Shown piece after piece: positions 45,393 through 54,045 of a stretch of DNA of 64,000 nt. Numbering within the stretch: position 1 is the stretch's first letter; the number at the start of each line of letters is the position of its first letter. Made by a program: the position numbers and the translations under genes. Source of the DNA: an uncultured Trueperaceae bacterium. GTDB lineage: Bacteria; Deinococcota; Deinococci; Deinococcales; Trueperaceae. The stretch spans positions 1 through 64,000 of the forward strand of contig CAWFFU010000014.1 of NCBI GenBank assembly GCA_963815215.1. Direction: 5' to 3'. A model generated the notes under the pieces. That model had not been told where the DNA came from. It saw only the letters and a program-made list of their open reading frames with translations, and did no database searches.

Positions 45393-46994
45393 TCAGACCT
45401 GCGGGCCGGCCCGGACGACCTCCTCGGAAACCTGGTCCCCGAACTGGCGGAAGTTGTCACGGAACATCCCAGCCAGCCTGCGCGCCTGCTGGTCGTAGGC
45501 ATCCTGGTCGGGCCAGGTGCCGCGGGGCATGAGCACGTCCGAGGTCACGCCGGGAACGCTCCTGGGCACCGCAAGGCCGAAGTGCGGCTCCTCGTCGAAA
45601 ACGGTGTGGTCGAGCCGCGAGCTCACCGCCGCCTCGACCATGGCGCGGGTGTAGCTGATCGGCATGCGATGCCCCTGGCCGTACGCTCCGCCCGTCCAAC
45701 CGGTGTTGACCAGCCATACCGACGCGCCCGCTTCGCGTACCTTCTGGGCCAGGAGATCGGCGTACACGACGGCAGGTCGGGGCATGAAGGGCCCCCCGAA
45801 GCAGATCGAGAACGTCGCCTGGGGCTCGTCCACCCCGCGCTCCGTGCCGGCCAGTTTGGCGGTGTAGCCCGACAGGAAGTAGTACATCGCCTGCTCCGGC
45901 GTGAGGCGGGAGATCGGCGGCAGCACCCCGAAGGCATCGGCCGATAGGAACACGACGTGGGTGGGTTTCCCTCCGAAGCCGACGCGACTCGCGCTGGGGA
46001 TGTGGGTGATGGGGTAGGCCGCCCGCGTGTTCTCCGTCTTGCTGGTGTCGTCGAGGTTGACCTTGCGGGTGTCCGGATCGACGATGACGTTCTCCAGGAT
46101 GGTGCCGAAACGCCTCGTGGTCTGGTAGATCTCGGGTTCGGCTTCCGACGACAGGTGTTCGATCTTCGCGTAGCAACCGCCCTCGAAGTTGAACACGCCC
46201 TGGTCCGACCAGCCGTGCTCGTCGTCGCCGATGAGGGTGCGCTCGCTGGTCGAGGAGAGGGTGGTCTTGCCGGTGCCCGAGAGTCCGAAGAACAGCGCCA
46301 CCTCGTTGTCGGGCCCGACGTTGGCCGAGCAGTGCATGGGGAGCACGCCGCGCGCCGGCAACTCGAAGTTCATCATCGAGAAGGCCGCCTTCTTCATCTC
46401 GCCGGCGTACTCGGTGGAGCCGACGATCACCAGCTTCTCGCTGAGGTTCATGGCGATGACCGTCTCGCTGCGCGTGCCCATGGTCGCCGGGTCGGCGCGC
46501 AGGCTCGGCAGGTCGAGGATGGTGTAGACCGGCTCGAAGCGCGCGCGCGCGCGCAAGGTGGGACGCACGAACAGGTTGCGGATGAACAGGCTGTGCCAGG
46601 CGTACTCGGTGATGACGCGCACCGGCACGCGGAAGTCGGGGTGGGCGCCCACGAAGACGTCGGCGACGAAGAGCTCGAGCCCGCCGGTGGTGTCGAGCGC
46701 CGCTGTGCGCAGCGCCTCGAACTGCTCGGGCTCCATCGGCTGGTTGATCGCCCCCCACGCCACCGTGTCCTCGGTGGTGGCGTCGCGCACGATGTACTTG
46801 TCCTTCGGCGAGCGGCCGGTGTAGCGCCCGGTGTCCACCACCAGCGGCCCCATGTGGGCCAGCTGCGCCTCGCCACGGTTCAGGGCCGCGGTGTAGAGCT
46901 CCGGGGTGCTGAGGTTCCAGTGGACGACGACCGCATCCGCGATCCCCGAGGCCGCGAACGACTCTGCCTTGATGTTGTGACCATCATGCTTCAT
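45393..46994 (-). CDS. pckA: Phosphoenolpyruvate carboxykinase (ATP)
   Basis: TGRSPKDK, YAGEMKK, PMHCSAN, FFGLSGTGKTTLS, LIGDDEHGW, FNFEGGCYAK, TENTR, WLVNTGW. Confidence 0.97.
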   Translation of the reverse strand: MKHDGHNIKAESFAASGIADAVVVHWNLSTPELYTAALNRGEAQLAHMGPLVVDTGRYTGRSPKDKYIVRDATTEDTVAWGAINQPMEPEQFEALRTAALDTTGGLELFVADVFVGAHPDFRVPVRVITEYAWHSLFIRNLFVRPTLRARARFEPVYTILDLPSLRADPATMGTRSETVIAMNLSEKLVIVGSTEYAGEMKKAAFSMMNFELPARGVLPMHCSANVGPDNEVALFFGLSGTGKTTLSSTSERTLIGDDEHGWSDQGVFNFEGGCYAKIEHLSSEAEPEIYQTTRRFGTILENVIVDPDTRKVNLDDTSKTENTRAAYPITHIPSASRVGFGGKPTHVVFLSADAFGVLPPISRLTPEQAMYYFLSGYTAKLAGTERGVDEPQATFSICFGGPFMPRPAVVYADLLAQKVREAGASVWLVNTGWTGGAYGQGHRMPISYTRAMVEAAVSSRLDHTVFDEEPHFGLAVPRSVPGVTSDVLMPRGTWPDQDAYDQQARRLAGMFRDNFRQFGDQVSEEVVRAGPQV

Positions 46995-47206
46995 TCGTGT
47001 CCTCCCGCCGGGTCCGACCCGTAGGCGTACGTTAGCCTTTCGCGCGGGGGACAGGTGGCCCAACGGGAAGGACAACGGGGCCCGAGAGGCGTGCGCCGCC
47101 CGCCTACGCGGCCTCCCAGCAGCAGGCGCAGCACGGCGGTGGGCAGCACGGAGCCGGACGCCGGCGAAGCCCGTGAACGCCGGCACTATGATGGCGCCGG
47201 AGCTTC

Positions 47207-47863
47207 ATGGACCGTCGCGTTCCCCAACCCCGCCCGTCACCGGGCCGGCGCACCGCGCGTCTGTTCCTGCTGAACGTGGTGGTCTTCGGCGGCGCCATGG
47301 TGTTGCTGTGGGGCGGCTCGAAGCTGCTGCACCACCCCAGGGGCGCCGCCGCCAACGTTCCCATGCCGGCCGTCATGGTGGTCGGGCGGGCGCCGGGCCC
47401 GCTCGATTCCGGCGACTACCGTCTGCGGCTCGAAGGCGCGCGCTGGGTGCGCCAGGACAGCCTTCCCAAGGACCTCCGCCTCAGCTTCCGTGCACGCCCC
47501 AACGTGCTGGTCGACTACCTGGTGGTGCGGGTCACGGCGGTCGATCGCGGCGCCGGCGCGCTGCCGCTCGGGTACTACGGGGCGGAGCAGGACGTGCGCT
47601 TCGTGCTCGGTTCGAACGACCCCGACTCGAGCTACGCCGAACCGGTGCCGCCCTCCGATGCGGCGACGATCAGCGGCGAAGCACCGCTCTCCAGCGGCGC
47701 GCTGGCCCCCGGCGAGCGCCGCAGCGGGGTGCTCGTGTACGCCCTCGAGCCCTTCCGGAAGGGCCTCGCGCTCCTCCTGATCCCCGCTTACGCCGCCGGC
47801 GTGTCGCCCGACCGGGGCCCCACCCAACCCGCCCTCGAGCTGCGCTTCGCGCCCGGCGGCTGA
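47207..47863 (+). CDS. Membrane-anchored hypothetical protein (DUF4352-like Ig fold)
   Basis: N-terminal TM helix, YLVV.V...D and LAPGE.RSG.LVY pattern; GGAG RBS. Confidence 0.55.
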   Translation: MDRRVPQPRPSPGRRTARLFLLNVVVFGGAMVLLWGGSKLLHHPRGAAANVPMPAVMVVGRAPGPLDSGDYRLRLEGARWVRQDSLPKDLRLSFRARPNVLVDYLVVRVTAVDRGAGALPLGYYGAEQDVRFVLGSNDPDSSYAEPVPPSDAATISGEAPLSSGALAPGERRSGVLVYALEPFRKGLALLLIPAYAAGVSPDRGPTQPALELRFAPGG

Positions 47864-47914
47864 GGGCCACCGGCGTCCGGGAAAGGCCGGTCTCACCGGC
47901 CCGGCGAGGGCCGA

Positions 47915-48946
47915 TCAGCGGGTGCGCGTCACCTTGCGCAGATGGCGGGGCGCGTCCGGATCGATCCCGCGGGATCGTGCCAGGCGCTCGGACAGGAGCT
48001 GGCCGGCCACGACCAGCACGAAGCCGGCGGTCACCTCGTGCATCCCCCGTGGCAGCGGCACCGCCGCGGACGCGTGACGCAGGAGCGAAGGCGCGCCCGC
48101 CAGCACCGTCAGGTCGGCGCCCACCTCGCGCAGCCGCGAGGCGACCGTCTCGTTGCCGCTCAGGCTGGCGTCCTCGGTCGCCAACAGCAGCAGGGGGTCG
48201 CCGGCGTCCACCACCGCGATGGGGCCGTGCTGGAACTCGGCGCTGGAGTAGGCCTGGGCGTCGATGTACGCCGTCTCCTTGAGCTTCAGCGCGGTCTCCA
48301 ACGCCGCCGCGAACGACAGCCCGCGCCCCAGCACGTACAGCCCGTCGGCGTGCGTGAGCCGCAGGGCGGCGCGCTCGAGCCCGTCGACGTCCGCCAGGAG
48401 GGCCTCCAACGCAGGCGGGACGGCGGCCAGGGCGGCCCGTAGCCCGTCGTCGGCCGCCCATTCCGCCACCAGCCGCGCCAGCACCATCATCTGGCTGGTG
48501 AAGGTCTTGCTCGCCGCCACCGCCCGCTCCTCGCCGGCGTGCTGCGCCAGCGCGTGGTCGGCCTGCGTCGCCAGCCGGCTGGCGGGTTCATTGGTCACGG
48601 CCAGCGTGAGCGCCCCGGCCTCCTGGAGCGCGGCCAGGCTCTCCACCACGTCGGTGCTCTCGCCCGACTGGCTGACGCCGATGGCGAGCGCCCCGCGCAG
48701 CCGCAGCTGGGCGCGGTAGAGCGTGAGCAGCGACGGCGGCACGCTGGCCACCGGCAGCCCCAGGGTGCGGCCCGCCAGGTACGCGAAGAAGGTGACGGCG
48801 TTGTCCGACGACCCCCGCGCCAGCGTGGCGACCAGCGGCACCTCGCGGCCGCGCAGCGTGCGCGCCAGCTCGGCGACGCTGGGGTCGTCCAGGATGCGCG
48901 CCAGCACTGCGGGTTGTTCGGCGATCTCGCGTTCGAAGTTGCTCAC
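47915..48946 (-). CDS. SIS-domain protein, likely glucosamine-6-phosphate deaminase (NagB-II/GlmD-like)
   Basis: EI.EQP, ARGSSDNA, VSQSGES, AG.E.AVAASKTF, E.ALKLKET, E..HGP, PD.P..L.KVT.T. No glutaminase domain; GTGA overlap with murQ. Confidence 0.82.
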   Translation of the reverse strand: MSNFEREIAEQPAVLARILDDPSVAELARTLRGREVPLVATLARGSSDNAVTFFAYLAGRTLGLPVASVPPSLLTLYRAQLRLRGALAIGVSQSGESTDVVESLAALQEAGALTLAVTNEPASRLATQADHALAQHAGEERAVAASKTFTSQMMVLARLVAEWAADDGLRAALAAVPPALEALLADVDGLERAALRLTHADGLYVLGRGLSFAAALETALKLKETAYIDAQAYSSAEFQHGPIAVVDAGDPLLLLATEDASLSGNETVASRLREVGADLTVLAGAPSLLRHASAAVPLPRGMHEVTAGFVLVVAGQLLSERLARSRGIDPDAPRHLRKVTRTR

Positions 48947-49830
48947 GGGTCCTCCCGGGGATGATCGAGTGCGTCGCGCACGCGGTTGCGGTGACGGATC
49001 AGTAGCTCTCGGGCCAGCTCCGGGCCGACGCCCGCCTCCAGCATCACGATGGCCTCGCGGAGGCTCCAGTCGGAGGCGCCCAGGGCACGCTCCGCCGCCT
49101 CGCGGGTGGCGCCGGTGGCCGCGCACACCACCTCCACCGCGCGCCGGCGCAGCTTGGCGTTGGTGGGACGCATGCCGACCATCAGGTTCCGGTAGGCGCC
49201 GCCGGCGCGTACCAGGACCGCCGTGGACAGGGCGTTGAGGGCGATCTTCTGCGCCGTGCCCGCCGCCAGCCGGGTGGAGCCCGCCAGCACCTCCGGGCCG
49301 GTCTGGAGCAGGACGCCGACCTCGGCGGCCGTCAGCAGCGGCGCGTCCGGGTTGTTGGCGATGCCGACCGTGAACGCACCGCGCTCCCGTGCGATGCGCA
49401 CCACGCCGAGTGTGTAGGGCGTGCGGCCGCTGGCCGCGATGGCGATCAGCGCGTCGTCGGGACCCAGGCCCGCGCGCGCGGCGTCGCGAGCGGCGGCGTC
49501 GGTGTCGTCCTCGGCGTTCTCCACCGCCACCGCACCGGCTTCGCCGCCGCCGGCCATGAGCACGACGGTGCGTTCGAAGCCGAAGGTGGGAGGCAGCTCT
49601 GCTGCGTCCTGCAGCGCGATGCGGCCCGAGGTGCCGGCGCCGACGTACACCAGCCGACCGCCGCGTTCGAGCCGGTCCTCGATGCCGATCGCCGCGCGCA
49701 CGAGCGCTTCGCGTGCCTCGCGGGCGGCGTCCACGGCGTGCTGGCTGCCCTCGACGACGGCGTCGACGATGCGGCCGAGCGACCAGACGTCGAGGTCCTG
49801 GTAGGTAGGGTCGTGACTCTCGGTGGTCAT
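48943..49830 (-). CDS. murQ: N-acetylmuramic acid 6-phosphate etherase
   Basis: GAGTSGR...DAAELPPTFG, AVE.AED, IAASGRTPY, TGPEV.AGSTRL.AGTAQK, NLMV....N.KL..R. Confidence 0.93.
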   Translation of the reverse strand: MTTESHDPTYQDLDVWSLGRIVDAVVEGSQHAVDAAREAREALVRAAIGIEDRLERGGRLVYVGAGTSGRIALQDAAELPPTFGFERTVVLMAGGGEAGAVAVENAEDDTDAAARDAARAGLGPDDALIAIAASGRTPYTLGVVRIARERGAFTVGIANNPDAPLLTAAEVGVLLQTGPEVLAGSTRLAAGTAQKIALNALSTAVLVRAGGAYRNLMVGMRPTNAKLRRRAVEVVCAATGATREAAERALGASDWSLREAIVMLEAGVGPELARELLIRHRNRVRDALDHPREDP

Positions 49831-49840
49831 GGCGTGGTGG

Positions 49841-50632
49841 TCATGGCTGGGGGGTCATGGCGAGGTCTCCGGCGGCCGCGTCGCGGGGCTCCCCCGCCCG
49901 CAGGTGCAGCACCATGCGGTACATGTCGCCACGATACGCACTGCGAACGAACTCGAACGGCCGGCCGTCGGCGTCGTACGTCGTGCGTTCGAGCTCGAGC
50001 ACGGGAACGTCGCGGCCGATCTGCAGCAGCCGGCACTCCCTGGCCGTCGGAAGGCGCGCGCCGACGGCCTGCCGCGCGCGTGCCGGGCGGATCCCGAACT
50101 GCGCCTCCAGGGAGCTGTAGAGGCTGCCGGTGCGATCCAGATCCTCCAGCGACAGCGTCGCCAGGTGGGGTGCGAGGCTCGCCGCCTGCACCGCGAGCGG
50201 CGCTTCATCGGCGCCGCGCAGGCGCTCGATGCGGAGCAGCTGCGTGCCGGCCGGCACCAGCAGCGCCGCCGCCACATCGCGGGCGGCGGCCACCGTGCCG
50301 GAGGCCAGCAGTTGCGCGGTGGGCCGGAAGCCCAGCCCGTGGGCCTCGTCGGTGAAGCCCAGCACACGGTCGAGCACCTGCTCCAGGGGGTGGCCGCGAA
50401 CGTACGTTCCCGAGCCCTGGCGCTGCTCCACCAGTCCGCGGCGTTCGAGCTCCTCGAAGGCGCGTCGCACCGTCATGCGCGACAGCGCCAGGCGCTGCGC
50501 CAGCTCGCGCTCGCTCGGCAGGGCCTGTCCGGGGTTGAGCGTGCCGTCCTCGATGGCCTGTTCCAGCGCCTGGCGAAGCTGCAGGTACGCCGGCGTAGGG
50601 AGGGCCTTGTCGATGGCGGGCGCGAACGTCAT
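49841..50632 (-). CDS. GntR/HutC-family regulator (NagR/DasR-like)
   Basis: P.Y.QL...I..G...PG..LPSERELA....SRMTVR.A...L...G..QG.GTYV plus UTRA domain (SLY..L, G.PFE..RS.YRGD). Confidence 0.9.
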   Translation of the reverse strand: MTFAPAIDKALPTPAYLQLRQALEQAIEDGTLNPGQALPSERELAQRLALSRMTVRRAFEELERRGLVEQRQGSGTYVRGHPLEQVLDRVLGFTDEAHGLGFRPTAQLLASGTVAAARDVAAALLVPAGTQLLRIERLRGADEAPLAVQAASLAPHLATLSLEDLDRTGSLYSSLEAQFGIRPARARQAVGARLPTARECRLLQIGRDVPVLELERTTYDADGRPFEFVRSAYRGDMYRMVLHLRAGEPRDAAAGDLAMTPQP

Positions 50633-50670
50633 GCGACGCCCGGCCACCGCGGAGCTACGACCTTGACCAT
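50629..50670 (-). CDS. Candidate 13-aa leaderless uORF (MVKVVAPRWPGVA) coupled to the GntR gene
   Basis: The ATG lies 6 nt after TACAAT, and its TGA overlaps the GntR ATG (ATGA). Confidence 0.35.
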   Translation of the reverse strand: MVKVVAPRWPGVA

Positions 50671-50676
50671 GCCACT

Positions 50677-50707
50677 ATTGTACCAATCCCGGCCGGCCCA
50701 CTATACT
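50677..50707. promoter_or_regulatory. Overlapping divergent promoters of the gntR-murQ and ABC operons
   Basis: Minus strand: TGG-TACAAT (-10 at 50682-50677). Plus strand: TTGTAC (50678-50683), 18 bp, TATACT (50702-50707). Confidence 0.5.
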
Positions 50708-50876
50708 TGACTCGTCCAACGAGGGTGCCGCGCAAGGTGCACGCGGTCGAGCCGCCGGGATCGGCCGGGCGAGACCCGCCCCAGCCGTACGAGCCGGCGG
50801 CGCGCTGTCCCCGGGGGCACGCTCGAGTGCTCGCCTGACCGCGAAGGCGGCAGGGGAGGAAGGATCGGAGGAAGGT

Positions 50877-52109
50877 ATGAAGAGGATCGGTGGCATGCGT
50901 CTCCTGGCCGTCCTGCTCGGTCTGGTCTTACTGGGCAGCGCAGCGGCGCAATCCCTGTCGTTCTGGAGCTGGCGCACGGAGGATGTCGACGCCTACAACA
51001 GCTTCATCGCCGCGTTCCAGAAGGATCACCCCAATATCGACGTGACCTTCACGCCCTACAAGAACACCGAATACAACACCATCCTGTCGACCGCCATGCA
51101 GGGCGGCGGCGGCCCGGACATCGCGCACCTGCGCGCCTACGGCGGCATCGAGCCGCTCGCGGAGGCCGGCCTGCTGGTGCCGCTCGGCGACAAGGTGCCC
51201 GCCCTGAAGGACTTCGATCCGAATGTCCTGAAGGCCGCCACCGACCGCGCCGACGGCAAGATCTACGGCGTGCCGTTCGCGCTGCAGACCATCCAGGTGC
51301 TCTACAACAAGGACATCTTCGCCAAGCTCGGCCTGAGCGAGCCGAAGACCTGGCAGGAGTTCCTCGACGTCGCCAAGAAGATCAAGGCGTCGGGCATCGA
51401 CGCGCTGGCGAACGGCACCAAGGACCCCTGGACGGTCGAGACGCTGTTCGGCGGGGTCGCCCCCGCGTTCTACGGCTGCAACGCCTTCTACGACAAGATG
51501 GCGGCCGGCACCGCCACCTTCGAGGATCCTGCCTTCAAGGGTGCGCTGCAGCGCATGGTCGACCTCGAGCCCTACCTGGCGAGCAACTACAAGGGCGTGG
51601 CCTACTCCGACATGCAGTCGCTGTTCGCCTACGGGCAGGCCGGCATGCTCATCGGCGGGAGCTACGAGCTCGGCACGCTGGGGCAGCTCGCCCCCGGCTT
51701 CAATGTCGGATCGTTCCTCATCCCCAACGACCAGGGGAAGACCTGCGAGACCTTCTACGTCGACGGCTCGTACGGCATCAACGCGGCCAGCAAGCACCAG
51801 GACGCCGACGTGCAGTTCATGGACTTCCTGGCCTCCAAGGCGTACGGGCAGATGTTCACCGACACGCTCAAGCAGATCTCGGCCGTGCCCGGCGCCGTCC
51901 CGACCGACCCTGTGCTGGCGCAGATGGCCGACCGCATGCACAGCGAGGGAACGCCCTACCTGATGCTCACCCTCTTCCGTTACGGTCAGCCGTCCGGCTC
52001 GACGCTGTTGCAGAACGAGATGCAGGCCGTGCTGGCGGGCAGTGAGACCGTCGACCAGGCCGCGTCCAACATCCAGCGCGGCGTGGCGAGCTGGTACACC
52101 TTCAAGTAG
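50877..52109 (+). CDS. Sugar ABC substrate-binding protein (amino-sugar/disaccharide, CUT1)
   Basis: Signal peptide, F.K.HP.I.V, GPDI, YGVPF, YNKDIF.KLGL.EPKTW.EF. Confidence 0.88.
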   Translation: MKRIGGMRLLAVLLGLVLLGSAAAQSLSFWSWRTEDVDAYNSFIAAFQKDHPNIDVTFTPYKNTEYNTILSTAMQGGGGPDIAHLRAYGGIEPLAEAGLLVPLGDKVPALKDFDPNVLKAATDRADGKIYGVPFALQTIQVLYNKDIFAKLGLSEPKTWQEFLDVAKKIKASGIDALANGTKDPWTVETLFGGVAPAFYGCNAFYDKMAAGTATFEDPAFKGALQRMVDLEPYLASNYKGVAYSDMQSLFAYGQAGMLIGGSYELGTLGQLAPGFNVGSFLIPNDQGKTCETFYVDGSYGINAASKHQDADVQFMDFLASKAYGQMFTDTLKQISAVPGAVPTDPVLAQMADRMHSEGTPYLMLTLFRYGQPSGSTLLQNEMQAVLAGSETVDQAASNIQRGVASWYTFK

Positions 52110-52142
52110 CCCGGGTGGACGCGCGTTCCGTGTCCCTCGATC

Positions 52143-52172
52143 GGTGGGGTCGGGCTCGAGCCCGACCCCACC
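52143..52172. other. Perfect 30-bp palindrome after the SBP gene (intercistronic stem-loop)
   Basis: GGTGGGGTCGGGCTC|GAGCCCGACCCCACC. Confidence 0.7.
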
Positions 52173-52236
52173 CCCCCGACGGGGCCGACGTGACGGCGTG
52201 CGGACGCTCCCCGGTCGCGCCCGGCGGGCCGCGCCG

Positions 52237-53166
52237 ATGACAGGCGCGCGGGTCTGGTTCCGGCGCCACGGCCACCTGGTCGTGTTCCTGGCGCCCGGGT
52301 TGCTGCTCTACGGCCTGTTCATGGCCTACCCCTTGCTCACCTCGCTGTCGTACAGCCTGTCGGACTGGCACGGTCTGCTGCGCGGCGCCTACTCGGGCTT
52401 GGCCAACTTCAGCAAGGTCCTCGGTCAGTGGCCCTACAACGTGCGCTTCTGGGGCGCGTTGAGCCACAACGCCCTGTTCTTCGCGCTCACCTTCATCATC
52501 CAGTCCACCCTCGGGCTGTTCCTCGCCGTGCTGCTGAGCCGTAAGTGGCGTGGCTTCGCTATCTTCCAGGCGGCGTATTTTCTTCCCTACACGATGTCGA
52601 TGGTGGTCGTGGGCTTCCTGTGGCTGCTGCTGCTCAACCCCACCTGGGGCCCCGTGGCGCACGGGCTCAAGCTGGTGGGGCTGGGAGGCTGGGTGCAGCC
52701 CTGGCTCGGCCAGCGGGGCACCGCGCTCATCACCGTCATCCTGGTCAACGCCTGGCACTGGCTGGGCTTCCCGGTGCTGGTGTTCATGGCCGCCGTCCAG
52801 GGCATCCCGCAGGAGTTCCACGAAGCCGGGTTGGTGGACGGCGCCAACGCCTGGCAGGGCTTCCGCTTCATCACCCTGCCGCTGCTGCTGCCCAGCGTCG
52901 CCATGATGTCGATCCTCACCTTCATCTGGGACTTCAACGCCTTCGAGCTGGTGTTCGTCATGCAGGGTGCCTCCGGGTCGCCGAACTACGCTACCGATCT
53001 GCTGGCGACCTACTTCTACCGCACCGCCTTCGGCGACCCCACCACCGGCGGCGAGCCCGGCCAGATCGGCCTGGCGTCGGCGATCGGCGTGATGATGCTG
53101 ATCATCATCGGTGCTGCCTCGGCCTTCGGCGTGCGCTTCAGCCAGCGCAGCCAGACGGAGTACTGA
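52237..53166 (+). CDS. Sugar ABC permease
   Basis: FLAPGL.LY, GLANF, IP.E..EA..VDGA..WQ.F..ITLPLL.P. Confidence 0.9.
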   Translation: MTGARVWFRRHGHLVVFLAPGLLLYGLFMAYPLLTSLSYSLSDWHGLLRGAYSGLANFSKVLGQWPYNVRFWGALSHNALFFALTFIIQSTLGLFLAVLLSRKWRGFAIFQAAYFLPYTMSMVVVGFLWLLLLNPTWGPVAHGLKLVGLGGWVQPWLGQRGTALITVILVNAWHWLGFPVLVFMAAVQGIPQEFHEAGLVDGANAWQGFRFITLPLLLPSVAMMSILTFIWDFNAFELVFVMQGASGSPNYATDLLATYFYRTAFGDPTTGGEPGQIGLASAIGVMMLIIIGAASAFGVRFSQRSQTEY

Positions 53167-53167
53167 C

Positions 53168-54040
53168 ATGCTTCCCCGCGCTCCCACCACGGCGGGGCGG
53201 CCGCGGCGCCTCCCCGCTGCACGCGTGCTCTCCCGCTTGCTGATCTACCTGCTGCTGGTGCTGCTGGCGCTCGGCTTCCTCTACCCCATCGGGTTGATGG
53301 TCCTGGACGCCTTCAAGACCACGCCGGAGATCTTCCGGCACCCCTTCGGGTTGCCCTCGCACGTGGGGCTCGAGACCTTCCGCGAGGTGTGGCGCCGCGC
53401 CCACTTCGGCCTCTACCTGCGCAACAGCGTGCTGGTGACCGGCGGCTCGCTGCTGGTGCTGCTGGCGGGCGCCGCGCCGGCGGCGTACGCCCTGGCGCGC
53501 TACCGCTTCCCGGTACGGGGGCTGATCTTCCTGTTCTTCCTGGCCGGCATCATGGTGCCGATCCGCCTCGGGATCCTCCCGCTGTACCTGCTGATGAAGC
53601 ATCTGAACCTGCTCGACACGCCGTTCTCGCTGATCTTCACCTACGCCGCCAGCGGCATGCCGATGTCGGTGTTCCTGTTGAGCACCTTCTTCAGGACGCT
53701 CCCAAGCGACCTCGAGGACGCGGCGCGCATCGACGGCTGCAGCGAGTACCGCACCTTCTGGAGCATCATGCTGCCGCTGGTGCGGCCGGCCGTGGCCACC
53801 GTCACCATCGTCAACGTGGTGCCCTGGTGGAACGACTTCTTCTTCCCGTTGCTGTTCCTGCAGAGCAACACCTGGAAGACCGTGCCGCTGGGCATGCAGA
53901 TCTTCTTCGGCCAGCACCTGACCGACTGGAGCCTGGTGTTCGCCGGCATGCTGATGTCGAGCCTGCCACTGCTGGTCGTCTACCTGCTGATGTCGCGGCA
54001 GTTCATCGCCGGCCTCACGTCGGGCGCGGTGAAGGGCTGA
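53168..54040 (+). CDS. Sugar ABC permease
   Basis: AAYALAR..F, FF..LP.DLEDAARIDG, WNDFF.P, FI.GL.SGAVKG. Confidence 0.9.
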   Translation: MLPRAPTTAGRPRRLPAARVLSRLLIYLLLVLLALGFLYPIGLMVLDAFKTTPEIFRHPFGLPSHVGLETFREVWRRAHFGLYLRNSVLVTGGSLLVLLAGAAPAAYALARYRFPVRGLIFLFFLAGIMVPIRLGILPLYLLMKHLNLLDTPFSLIFTYAASGMPMSVFLLSTFFRTLPSDLEDAARIDGCSEYRTFWSIMLPLVRPAVATVTIVNVVPWWNDFFFPLLFLQSNTWKTVPLGMQIFFGQHLTDWSLVFAGMLMSSLPLLVVYLLMSRQFIAGLTSGAVKG

Positions 54041-54045
54041 GGCCG

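Noticed and set aside
47915..48946. GlmS (glutamine-fructose-6-phosphate transaminase)
   Set aside because: No N-terminal glutaminase domain; only the SIS domains, in a catabolic operon.
53389..54045. N-terminal extension of the 979-aa ORF (similar extensions at 16662, 20823, 47186 and 61438)
   Set aside because: These overlap bona fide genes in other frames or intergenic DNA. They are GC-driven open frames; real starts lie downstream.
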